This document shows positions 24,500 to 32,000 of a stretch of 32,000 bases of DNA, in pieces. The position numbers were made by a program, and so were the translations under genes. The stretch's first letter is position 1; each line of letters starts with the position of its first letter. A model generated the notes under the pieces. It had not been told where the DNA came from and made no database searches. It saw only the letters and a list, made by a program, of their open reading frames with translations. This DNA comes from Pyrodictium abyssi (GTDB lineage Archaea; Thermoproteota; Thermoprotei_A; Sulfolobales; Pyrodictiaceae), in NCBI RefSeq assembly GCF_036323395.1, contig NZ_AP028907.1, forward strand, positions 630,001 to 662,000. The letters run 5' to 3'.

Positions 24500-25669
24500 C
24501 TAGCTGGTCTCCAGCACCTCTGCGTTGATGACTAGTGGTAGGCTGTCGAAGAGCACGCCCTCCAAGCCCTCGTAGAACACGGTGACACCGTAGACAGCGG
24601 CGCGGCCGCCGTCAACCTTCCAGCTGTCCTCGTCAACCACCAGAGTATCCTCGGGCTGCCACCAGCCACTAGCCCGGTCAAAGCCTAAGGTGGCGCGAAT
24701 ATTGCCAAGCACAAGCACCGGATAGAGGCTACTCATGTACTCCTGAGCCTCAACTCTATCATAGACACCGTTTGTGTCGGTATCATACCATGTCACATTC
24801 CACATCATGGTGAAGAGCACATTGCCTTCTTTATCAATGAACTCCAGTATCAATGTATAGTTGGTAGCTGCTATATCAGGCCATGTCCCTCCATCACTAA
24901 CCTCGGCTATATATAAGCTTTCGTTCTCATAACTATCCCAGAAGAAGACACTAGGGTTATTATCGTAGAATATCCTTATGCTATAGTTTCCGTTGGGGTG
25001 TACAGGCTTCACTGAGAACCATAAACCCCGCTCAACAATATCATCAAGGCTTAAGTCTTCTACTAGTACTCGCCGACCGGGATTAGTTTCTGTGTTATTT
25101 ATTAACGTCAGGTTAACATGGGCAACTTCTCCTAACAGCCTCCATGCAAATGCCGTAACGTTGACTCCTTCAGAAGCGTAGTTTGCTGAAACGTCGTAGA
25201 TTTTCCCCGCCAATGTTGCGCTGTCTAGCGCATATCTGCCAAGGTTGTCAGGAGCACTTTCACTATCATTATCACTAGTCTCGATTCTCGGCGGGAGTTC
25301 CTCAAAGGGCGTTGGCCCTTTCCACTCCTCGTGTGCTTCCCGTATCTGTATGATGAGGTATCTGTAGTACTGTGCTAGCTGCTTGATGTTCTCTAGCTCT
25401 AGGCGTATCTTTGTGGTGTTTACGTCGTTGTACCGTATGAGCTTGAGCCAGCTTGTCTCCTCTAGCTTGCCCTGTGCCCCCGCAGCAGGGCTTATGACGA
25501 GGTCCTTGAGCACCTGTAGGTCCACCGGCTCGCTAGTCGCCGCGCCGCCGCCGAGCCCGAGGAAGCCTGCTAGAGGGCTCCCCGTGGTGGCGAAGCCGGT
25601 TAGGAGGGCGAGGGCGGCAGCCGAGGCCACAACAGCCAGGAGAGCGAGAGTCTCGCGGCGGAGGCTCAC
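24500..25669 (-). CDS. Secreted fibre-subunit-like protein, large 389-aa paralog
   Basis: The N-terminus MSLRRETLALLAVVASAAALALLTGFATTGSPLAGF shares the family 23-mer at the nucleotide level. The C-terminus is VFYEGLEGVLFDSLPLVINAEVLETS. The middle is a large, lower-GC, Asn/Tyr/Trp-rich insertion. Confidence 0.8.
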   Translation of the reverse strand: MSLRRETLALLAVVASAAALALLTGFATTGSPLAGFLGLGGGAATSEPVDLQVLKDLVISPAAGAQGKLEETSWLKLIRYNDVNTTKIRLELENIKQLAQYYRYLIIQIREAHEEWKGPTPFEELPPRIETSDNDSESAPDNLGRYALDSATLAGKIYDVSANYASEGVNVTAFAWRLLGEVAHVNLTLINNTETNPGRRVLVEDLSLDDIVERGLWFSVKPVHPNGNYSIRIFYDNNPSVFFWDSYENESLYIAEVSDGGTWPDIAATNYTLILEFIDKEGNVLFTMMWNVTWYDTDTNGVYDRVEAQEYMSSLYPVLVLGNIRATLGFDRASGWWQPEDTLVVDEDSWKVDGGRAAVYGVTVFYEGLEGVLFDSLPLVINAEVLETS

Positions 25670-26014
25670 CTCTGGTGCACCCCGTCTTCTGGGGCTGTGT
25701 TGCCGAGTTCCTTGAGGCTACTGCTGTGTGGGATTATGTGGCGGGGCTGTATTAATAGTGTATTGTTCGTGGGCGGGGGTGTATGGCCCTGGCCCGGGTT
25801 GTACCCGGTTTGGGCCGCTGGGGTTGATACCCTCGCTCGTGTCCTAGTGTCTCTCCGGGGGCCCGGGGGCTTGGCTGGTGAGCTAGAGGTTGCTGGGGCA
25901 GAGGAGGCCAGGGAGCTGCGCCGGAGGATGGCCGACTGGAGGTTCATAGAGGAGCAGCCCCGCGGATATGGGAGGCGCTCAAATACTACGTGGAGCCCGG
26001 GTCCCCGTCGTGGT

Positions 26015-26764
26015 CTAGGGGGGCGCTGGATGCGCCGGCTGCTGGAGCACCATCTTGAGCAGCAGGCCTATGATGCCCAGGAGTATGGGCAGGTTGAACA
26101 CCACGAAGAGCTTCGCGAGGAGGTCTAGCTTCGCCTCAACCCTCGCCAGCCTCTCCTCTAGCCGGGAGACCTCCCGGCGTAGCTCCTCCTTCGTGGCCAG
26201 CCTGGCTATCTCCGCCCGTAGCTCCTCCCGTGTCGCCATCCTCTCCAGCTTCTCTTCTAGCCTCGCTATCTCTCTCTGTAGCTCCTCCCGGGCGGCCATC
26301 CTCTGCTCTATCCCCTCTAGCCTCTCCTCTAGCCGGCGTATCTCCCCGCGTAGCTCATCCCTCACAGCGTAGAGCTCCTCCCTGGTTGCTAGGGCCCGTG
26401 TCTTTTCCTCGAGCTGGCTCCGGGTGGCGAGCCTCTTCATCCCCTCCTCAAGCCGGGCCACCTCCGCCCGTAGCTCTTCGCGGGTAGCGAGCTTCCCTAT
26501 TTCCCCGCGTAGCTTTTCTAGCTCCTCCTTGGTGGCTAGGGCCTTCACCTCGCCCCGGAGCGTCTCCACGCGCTCCTCTACAGCGTGTATCCTCTCCCCG
26601 AGCCTCACCAGCTCCTCTCTGACCCCGGCCACGTCGCGGCGCAGAAGCTCCACGTCGCCCCGGGTCGCCGACTCCCGGGCAACCGCGAGCAGTAGCGCCC
26701 GCCGGAGCCGCCGGTCCCCGAGAAGCTTCTCAACCACAGCGTCCACGTCTACAGGCTGGGACAA
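26015..26764 (-). CDS. Tail-anchored coiled-coil protein with ATREEL/ATKEEL repeats (249 aa)
   Basis: Seven or more (L/M)AT(R/K)EEL-initiated helical repeats and a C-terminal TM (LFVVFNLPILLGIIGLLLKMVL). TTG start with a TATA-like box about 40 nt upstream. Paralog of ORF 23663..24334. Confidence 0.65.
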   Translation of the reverse strand: MSQPVDVDAVVEKLLGDRRLRRALLLAVARESATRGDVELLRRDVAGVREELVRLGERIHAVEERVETLRGEVKALATKEELEKLRGEIGKLATREELRAEVARLEEGMKRLATRSQLEEKTRALATREELYAVRDELRGEIRRLEERLEGIEQRMAAREELQREIARLEEKLERMATREELRAEIARLATKEELRREVSRLEERLARVEAKLDLLAKLFVVFNLPILLGIIGLLLKMVLQQPAHPAPP

Positions 26765-26800
26765 GAGAAGGCCCTAGAAGAGGGTACGCGGCGGACGGCG

Positions 26801-26808
26801 CTATAAAG
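26801..26808 (-). promoter_or_regulatory. TATA-like box (reverse complement CTTTATAG) for ORF 26015..26764
   Basis: Centred about 40 nt upstream of the TTG start at 26764, in the 46-nt spacer after the acyl-CoA synthetase stop. Confidence 0.4.
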
Positions 26809-26810
26809 GG

Positions 26811-28547
26811 TTACGAGCCTATGGGCTGAAGGGTGGACCCCGTGCTGCCCTGCAGCTCCTCTACGAGTATGCTGCGTAGCTGTGCTCGTAGCTTCTTCTT
26901 GTCTATCTTGCCGACGCTTGTCCTCGGGAGCTCCCTGACTAGTACCACCTTGTCGGGTAGCCACCACTTGGGTATGGCTCCTTTCTCCACGTAGTTCTCC
27001 ATGAGGTAGCGCCTTATCTCCTCGGTTGTGGGCTCATCCTTGCAGCCGGGCTTGGGGACTATTGCTGCTACTGGGCGTTCCTGCCACTTGGGGTGATAGG
27101 CTGCCACGACTGCTACCTCTGCTACGCAGGGGTGCCTGCTTATCGCGTCCTCTAGCCTGGTGGAGCTTATCCACTCGCCGCCGCTCTTGATTATGTCCTT
27201 CTCGCGGTCTACTATCTCTATGCTGCCGTCGGGGTGCCAGACGGCTATGTCGCCGGTGTGGAACCAGCCGCCGCGCCACGCTTTCTCGGTCTTCTCGGGG
27301 TCCATGTAGTACTCGGGCGTCACCCAGGGCGCCCGGACGACCACCTCGCCCATTGTCTTGCCGTCGCGGGGCACGGGGTTCATGTCCTCGTCCACCACCC
27401 GTACCTCCACGAGGGGAACTGGCCAGCCGGTGCGGAGCGCGTAGTCGAGCCACCGCTCCCCGGCGTCGCTTAGCCCCGCGTGCGGCAGGGCTAGGGTGAG
27501 CACCGGGGCTGTCTCGGTCATGCCGTAGCCCACGATCACCCGTATCCCGCGGCGTGTCGCCTGCTCTGCGAGGCCGCGGGGGAGCGCTGAGCCGCCGTTG
27601 ATGAAGGTGAGCCGGCTGAGGTCGTAGCGCTCGGAGTCGGGGTGGCTGAGCAGCATGTAGAGAATGGTAGGCACACCGGCTGTTAGCGTGACCTGCTCCT
27701 CGTCTATGAGGCGTAGGAGCACGCCGGGGTCGAGCTTGTTGGGGAAGACCTGGCGCATGCCTACGAGGGTCGCTAGGTAGGGGAGCCCCCAGCTGTACAC
27801 GTGGAACATGGGGACTATGTGGAGTATCGTGTCCCCGCTGCTTATCCGGAACCAAGGCGACGCCGTGGCGAGGTGGAGCGCGGCACTCATCACGTGGAGC
27901 ACTATCATCCGGTGGCTGTGGTAGGCCCCCTTCGGGAGCCCCGTGGTCCCGCTAGTGTAGCCCATCGCGGCGGGCTGGTTCTCGTCCAGCTCGGGCCACT
28001 CGTAGCCGCCCCGGTGCTCCCTCACGAGGTCCTCGTAGTTGTAGACGGGGCGGCCTGCTAGCCGGTCTGGGTGCGACTCCGCGTCCACGACCACTACGGC
28101 CCGGAGCTGGTCCAGATGCGGGGCCACGGCCTCGATGAGGGGCAGGAAGTCCCGGTGGACTATGGCTACACGGTCCCCCGCCTGCCCCATTATGTAGGCT
28201 ATCTCGCTGGGCGCGAGCCGTATGTTGACCGGGTGCAGCACAGCCCCCATCATGGGGACCGCTAGGTAGGCCTCGTAGTGCCAGTGCGTGTTCCAGTCGA
28301 GCGTGGCCACGGGGTCGAGGCGGCCCACTCCAAGCGCCTCTAGGGCGGCTGCGAGGGCCTTCATCCTCTCCGCGGCCCGGGAGAACGTGTACCTCTCCAC
28401 GCCGCGGCTGGTGCGGTAGACTATCTCCACCCCGGGGAAGAGGCTCAGCGCGCGCTCGTAGAATGCTCGGAGGGTGAGGCTGTGGCCGGGCCTCCAGGGT
28501 ACGCGTTCGGGGAGCCCCGGGAAGGCGGACCACCAGAATCCCACCAC
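26811..28547 (-). CDS. AMP-dependent acyl-CoA synthetase (fatty-acid--CoA ligase family)
   Basis: AMP-binding motif MGYTSGTTGLPKGAYHSH, followed by GYGMTET, WFHTGDIA and REKDIIKSGGEWIS, with a C-terminal PRTSVGKIDKKKLR. 578 aa. Confidence 0.9.
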   Translation of the reverse strand: MVGFWWSAFPGLPERVPWRPGHSLTLRAFYERALSLFPGVEIVYRTSRGVERYTFSRAAERMKALAAALEALGVGRLDPVATLDWNTHWHYEAYLAVPMMGAVLHPVNIRLAPSEIAYIMGQAGDRVAIVHRDFLPLIEAVAPHLDQLRAVVVVDAESHPDRLAGRPVYNYEDLVREHRGGYEWPELDENQPAAMGYTSGTTGLPKGAYHSHRMIVLHVMSAALHLATASPWFRISSGDTILHIVPMFHVYSWGLPYLATLVGMRQVFPNKLDPGVLLRLIDEEQVTLTAGVPTILYMLLSHPDSERYDLSRLTFINGGSALPRGLAEQATRRGIRVIVGYGMTETAPVLTLALPHAGLSDAGERWLDYALRTGWPVPLVEVRVVDEDMNPVPRDGKTMGEVVVRAPWVTPEYYMDPEKTEKAWRGGWFHTGDIAVWHPDGSIEIVDREKDIIKSGGEWISSTRLEDAISRHPCVAEVAVVAAYHPKWQERPVAAIVPKPGCKDEPTTEEIRRYLMENYVEKGAIPKWWLPDKVVLVRELPRTSVGKIDKKKLRAQLRSILVEELQGSTGSTLQPIGS

Positions 28548-28647
28548 GCTACGGCGATACTATTTAACGCTTCCATACCACTGTATCGAGCACGACAGAA
28601 AGCTCTAGAGGACGGTGGAACAGTGTAGCCGGGGCATAGCCCCGGGG

Positions 28648-29691
28648 CTAGAGTATGGAGGAGAGGGTGTAGCTGGGCATGTGCCGCTTCTCGCCCGGGT
28701 CTACGACGAATATGTGGTAGAAGGCCTCCACTATGTCGTCGCCTAGGCCGCGCCAGAGCTTGCTGAGCTCGAGGTACTCCTGCTGGTCCAGGTAGCCCTG
28801 GTCAGCCATGCTCAGCGGGGGCCAGCCGCCGGGGTAGCCGCGCTCCGCCTCGGCCTCGACGATCTCGCGCCAGTGGCCACCGGTGAGCATGGGGAGGCCG
28901 TGGAACGGGCTAAGCCCCGTGTAGACGATCGCTACGAGCTGTAGCCCGTACCAGGTCGGGGCCCAGGCTATCCAGGAGAGGACGGGCCGGGGCAGCTGGG
29001 AGACTATGAGGGGTATGGGGAGCTCGCCGGGGTCCGGGGGCTCGAGCTCTACGCCTATCTCGCTGAGGGCCTCGACGGGGAGGAGGTGTGCGTCGCGGGC
29101 GGGTAGGACTGTGAGCGGGTAGTCCTCCGAGCCTATTATCCCCGCGGTCTCGTAGTCGTAGAGGAAGACCCCGGTGACCCCGTCCACGGTCCCGTAGGCC
29201 GCGTTAGCCGTGGTCGTGTCTACGTGGGCTATGTCGGCGGCGTCTAGGCATGCGAGGCCTCTTAGCACCTCGCGGGCGAACTCCCTCCTCTCCTCGTCGC
29301 TGTGCTTCTCCAGGTACTCGCCGAGCAGCTCCGGGTCGTTGATCAGCTCCGAGACAGTGGTGAAGCCCTCTAGCTCGCGGAAGACTAGCACCGCGCGGTC
29401 CTCTAGCGCGCCCACCGCTACGGGTAGGCCGCGGAGCCGGAGGCTGTCCGGGAGCACGCGGCCGCACTTGCGGCGGAGCCTGGTGAGCCGGCGGAGCATT
29501 TCGGCTATACGCTCTATGGGCTTGGCCAGACCCGTGTACTTGGGCGTGTAGACCTTGAGGATGTAGCTCTTGCCGCCGCGGAGCCGGGCCCGGTATATGT
29601 CGGCCTCGCCGCCGCTGTCGAGGAGCTCCCACTCGCCGCTACTAGTGTCCACGACCCAGCCGTCGTAGAAGACCAGGGTGACCTTGCTCAT
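28648..29691 (-). CDS. Atypical eukaryotic-like protein kinase-fold protein
   Basis: Glycine-loop-like LDSGGEADIYRA, a VAIK-like YILKVY and a hinge-like LVFRELEG. The catalytic loop HVDTTTAN matches the HxDxxxxN spacing of HRDLKPEN, and LYDYE sits in the DFG position. I prefer the ATG at 29689..29691 (MSKVTLVFYDGW), preceded by GGAGGGAGGAG, over the ORF-track start at 29775. Confidence 0.6.
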   Translation of the reverse strand: MSKVTLVFYDGWVVDTSSGEWELLDSGGEADIYRARLRGGKSYILKVYTPKYTGLAKPIERIAEMLRRLTRLRRKCGRVLPDSLRLRGLPVAVGALEDRAVLVFRELEGFTTVSELINDPELLGEYLEKHSDEERREFAREVLRGLACLDAADIAHVDTTTANAAYGTVDGVTGVFLYDYETAGIIGSEDYPLTVLPARDAHLLPVEALSEIGVELEPPDPGELPIPLIVSQLPRPVLSWIAWAPTWYGLQLVAIVYTGLSPFHGLPMLTGGHWREIVEAEAERGYPGGWPPLSMADQGYLDQQEYLELSKLWRGLGDDIVEAFYHIFVVDPGEKRHMPSYTLSSIL

Positions 29692-29717
29692 GGGGCGCCG
29701 CTCCTCCCTCCGCGGGC

Positions 29718-30509
29718 CTAGACCGTGGCTGTCTCGCTCAGCCTCTCGACGAACCTGCGCACAGCCTCCTCCCACTCGCGGGATATCCTGTCGTCCGCCG
29801 GCGCGTCGATGAACATCTTCTCGTGGTACGGCGGGTCCACGAGGTCTATGAGGCCGCGCTCCTCTAGGACCCGGCGCTGGGCCTCCCGGAGGAAGCTCGC
29901 TATGTCGCGCAGCGTCTCCCGGTCCGCGTCCTGGCCCAGGGCTATGGTTGCTAGGCCTATACGGTTCCTCTCGTGAAGCCTCCTCATCCTCTCCGCCAGG
30001 TCCATGGTTATCTTCTCCGCAGCCGCCACCACGTCGTCGACGCTCCTCTTGGTCTCCTTGCCGTCGGTGAAGAGGAATATGGTGCCGTACTTCTCCGGCG
30101 GCAGCGTCAGCTGGTTCACGTAGCGCTCCACCACGGAGGCGGCCGCCTCAAGCGCGTCGGCCATAGCGGTCATGCCGTAGGGCCGGTTCCTCTCGAGGCT
30201 CTGGCGGAACACCTCCAGGGCAACGTTCCGGGGGGACACGGGGAAGTAGACGCGGCCATCCTGCTCGACTATCTCCACGTCGTCGCTGTACCAGACGAAG
30301 CCAACCTGGAACGCGGGAGCCATCCTGCTGCGGCCGAGCCTCCGGAGAAGCATCTCCACGAGGTCTGCGAGGTGGAACCACTTCCCCCGGTAGTCGTAGG
30401 TCTTGGGCTCCATCATGCTAAGGGAGCGGTCTAGGATGAAGACGACCAGGACTGTGTAGCTGAGCGGGCGCCTACGCAGCAGCTGCAGCGCGAAAGACCG
30501 TGACACCAT
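29718..30509 (-). CDS. von Willebrand factor A (vWA) domain protein with complete MIDAS motif
   Basis: VLVVFILDRSLSM (DxSxS), GMTAMADAL (Thr) and IFLFTDGKET (Asp). 263 aa. Its stop lies 26 nt before the kinase start. Confidence 0.75.
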   Translation of the reverse strand: MVSRSFALQLLRRRPLSYTVLVVFILDRSLSMMEPKTYDYRGKWFHLADLVEMLLRRLGRSRMAPAFQVGFVWYSDDVEIVEQDGRVYFPVSPRNVALEVFRQSLERNRPYGMTAMADALEAAASVVERYVNQLTLPPEKYGTIFLFTDGKETKRSVDDVVAAAEKITMDLAERMRRLHERNRIGLATIALGQDADRETLRDIASFLREAQRRVLEERGLIDLVDPPYHEKMFIDAPADDRISREWEEAVRRFVERLSETATV

Positions 30510-30569
30510 GACCAGCCTCCACGAGTTCTACGGGTGGGTGCTCCCGGGGCCGCGCGGGCAGCGCGAGGG

Positions 30570-31376
30570 CTAGGAGGCTTCCTCCCCGAGGCCTGTAGCC
30601 TCGCCCTCTCCCCCCGCACGCTGTAGCAGTGTTACCACAGATATACTACCCGCTATATTAGCTACTACAAGACCCTTATCACTCGATACTACCAGCCGCG
30701 CAACGTCGCCGCCGCCCACCGCGTCTAGGGCCTCGACTAGCCGGGCAAAGGCGTCGGAGAGGGCCCGGGCGAACACGACAGCCTCCTCCTCCTTGAGGCC
30801 CTCAGAGTCCAGCACACTGCCCTTGGAGAGGTCTATCGCTACGCTGCGTAGCCTACCGGTTAGCCGCGCCCCGCCGCCCTGAGCCAGGTTCACGAGCTCG
30901 AGGAGCTCGACGAAGTAGTCCCCTAGCTTGCCCCCGGGGACACGGGGCTGGAGGGTGGCGGGGAACACGCTCACCAGGGAGACTATGATACGGTTTATGA
31001 TGCGTGAGAGGGCTTCGCCCCCGTACTCCTCTATGAGCTTGCCCTCCGCCTCCGCCTCCAGGTAGAGGCGGCAGCCGCTCCCACGCGTGACCCCAGTAGC
31101 CCGGACCACGCCGTGCATGTCGCCGCGGAGGATGAACTCCACCCTGTCTATCCCGGCGCTCGTCTCCACCTCTACGCGCAGGCTGTCGTACTGAGAGGAC
31201 GCGAAGGTGAGCACTATTATCCCGCGGCGCTCGCCTTTGCCGGTGAGCCGCGCAGCCCCGGCCACGAAGGACGCTGGGTCGCGGGCGGCGAGCAGCCGTA
31301 TCACCCTATCGCAGGGAGCCGCTACGTCGAGGACAGCACTCCTCTTTACAGTGGCCAAGGCCTTGGAGCCCAACAA
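30570..31376 (-). CDS. Hypothetical cytoplasmic protein, first gene of the vWA-kinase cluster
   Basis: 268 aa, TTG start, TATA-like box about 25 nt upstream. The C-terminal segment GDVARLVVSSDKGLVVANIAGSISVV loosely resembles Roadblock/LC7-type domains, and the N-terminal half may be SRPBCC-like. Both are weak impressions only. Confidence 0.5.
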   Translation of the reverse strand: MLGSKALATVKRSAVLDVAAPCDRVIRLLAARDPASFVAGAARLTGKGERRGIIVLTFASSQYDSLRVEVETSAGIDRVEFILRGDMHGVVRATGVTRGSGCRLYLEAEAEGKLIEEYGGEALSRIINRIIVSLVSVFPATLQPRVPGGKLGDYFVELLELVNLAQGGGARLTGRLRSVAIDLSKGSVLDSEGLKEEEAVVFARALSDAFARLVEALDAVGGGDVARLVVSSDKGLVVANIAGSISVVTLLQRAGGEGEATGLGEEAS

Positions 31377-31390
31377 ACCAATTCCCCATG

Positions 31391-31405
31391 TATAGGATTA
31401 ATATG
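31391..31405 (-). promoter_or_regulatory. TATA-like box (reverse complement CATATTAATCCTATA) for ORF 30570..31376
   Basis: AT-rich element centred about 24 nt upstream of the TTG start, suggesting a leaderless transcript. Confidence 0.4.
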
Positions 31406-31537
31406 TCTTGCCACAGGCCCCTGGCGCAGCCGCCCTCCCGGGAGAGCAGAGGAGGACGCGCCAAAGCCTGGATGGAGAGGCGCCACGCAGGGGAGAAAAC
31501 GGGGATACGCCACCATCTAGGCCGGGGTGCTAGCGCG

Positions 31538-32000
31538 CTACTTCTTCTTGCGCCTTACGCCTCCCTGGCGTGACAGCAGCATCAGCCCGCCCACCGCTAT
31601 CAACGCTATCACGAGCGCGGCCATAGCCGGGCGGCTGCCGAGCCGAGGCCCCTCCGCCGTGCCGGCCGCTGGCTGTGTAGCCGTAGCCGGTGCCCCCGCC
31701 GAAGCCGCAGTACGAGTGCCCGCCGCGCTAGCCGGTGCCGTCGCGTTACACTCGCCGGCGACTGTAACGGTTCTAGTTTTCTCAAGGGTCTCCGTCACAG
31801 TCACCTCCCTGGTGACAGTCACGGTCTTGACTAGCACCGGCGTCACTACCTTCTGCTCGGGCTTGAAGAACTTGGCTATTACGACGCCGGCGGCGACAAG
31901 GTTGTCTACGCGTATCTCCGATGTCGTCCTTCCCTCCTGGCCGCCGTAGTATATCGAGATGTAGGGGACTGCTCGTAGCCGGACTAGCGTACGGTCCTGG
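31538..32000 (-). CDS. C-terminal part of a secreted, C-terminally membrane-anchored protein (partial, continues beyond the window)
   Basis: By hand translation the frame stays open from 31846 up to the window edge (...YISIYYGGQEGRTTSEIRVDNLVAAGVVIAKFFKPEQKVVTPVLVKT...). It ends with a T/A-rich linker, a TM (AMAALVIALIAVGGLMLL) and a basic tail (RQGGVRRKKK). This anchor is typical of archaeal solute-binding and surface proteins. Confidence 0.6.
   Translation of the reverse strand, partial: QDRTLVRLRAVPYISIYYGGQEGRTTSEIRVDNLVAAGVVIAKFFKPEQKVVTPVLVKTVTVTREVTVTETLEKTRTVTVAGECNATAPASAAGTRTAASAGAPATATQPAAGTAEGPRLGSRPAMAALVIALIAVGGLMLLSRQGGVRRKKK

Noticed and set aside
25666-26128. ORFs 25666..25947 (-) and 25697..26128 (+) in the spacer upstream of the 389-aa fibre gene
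   Set aside because: They overlap each other and the end of the coiled-coil gene. They have low-complexity, biased composition, no motifs and no translation signals. The region is more likely promoter/5' leader DNA.
28559-28568. TATA-like actatttaac as the promoter of the acyl-CoA synthetase
   Set aside because: It lies only about 17 nt from the only available start codon (GTG 28547). That is too close for canonical archaeal TATA-TSS spacing, so the assignment is unsupported.

Overview
GC-rich (about 60%) archaeal chromosomal segment. Heavy AGG/ATA/CTA codon use, many GTG/TTG starts, TATA-box promoters, oligo-T terminators, a PaREP1-type gene and a crenarchaeal-type PGI/PMI point to a hyperthermophilic crenarchaeon (Desulfurococcales; Pyrodictiaceae- or Aeropyrum-like). 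This taxon call is tentative. The left 7.3 kb is ordinary metabolism: livHMGF-type branched-chain amino-acid ABC transporter genes and a hyuA/hyuB hydantoinase/oxoprolinase pair. Next come a small low-GC ORF, PGI/PMI, a PaREP1 (HEPN-like) gene and tRNA-Ile(GAU). From about 9.7 to 26.8 kb lies an accessory cell-surface island. It holds five paralogs (one decayed) of a secreted protein family with nearly identical N-termini (MRYTTLAIAGIIASAAALALLAGFATTQSPLNSFYATG...) and a conserved C-terminal strand (EGxLFDSLPxxxNxxVL). I interpret the family as donor-strand fibre subunits of the cannula (Can) / archaeal bundling pilus / TasA type. The paralogs sit beside an archaeal SipW-type signal peptidase I, a membrane-anchored P-loop ATPase, two paralogous small Cys-motif membrane proteins and a 1260-aa beta-helix/PKD/CARDB surface protein. 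That protein's C-terminal membrane anchor is displaced into another frame at a G7 run. Also present are two tail-anchored ATREEL-repeat coiled-coil proteins, a heptad coiled-coil/PD-(D/E)XK fusion and a PP2C-like phosphatase. The right end carries an acyl-CoA synthetase, a vWA + atypical protein kinase operon with an upstream unknown gene, and a partial C-terminally anchored surface protein. No CRISPR array, rRNA or recognisable transposase/integrase was found. The main candidate system is the fibre-subunit / dedicated signal peptidase / membrane ATPase locus.
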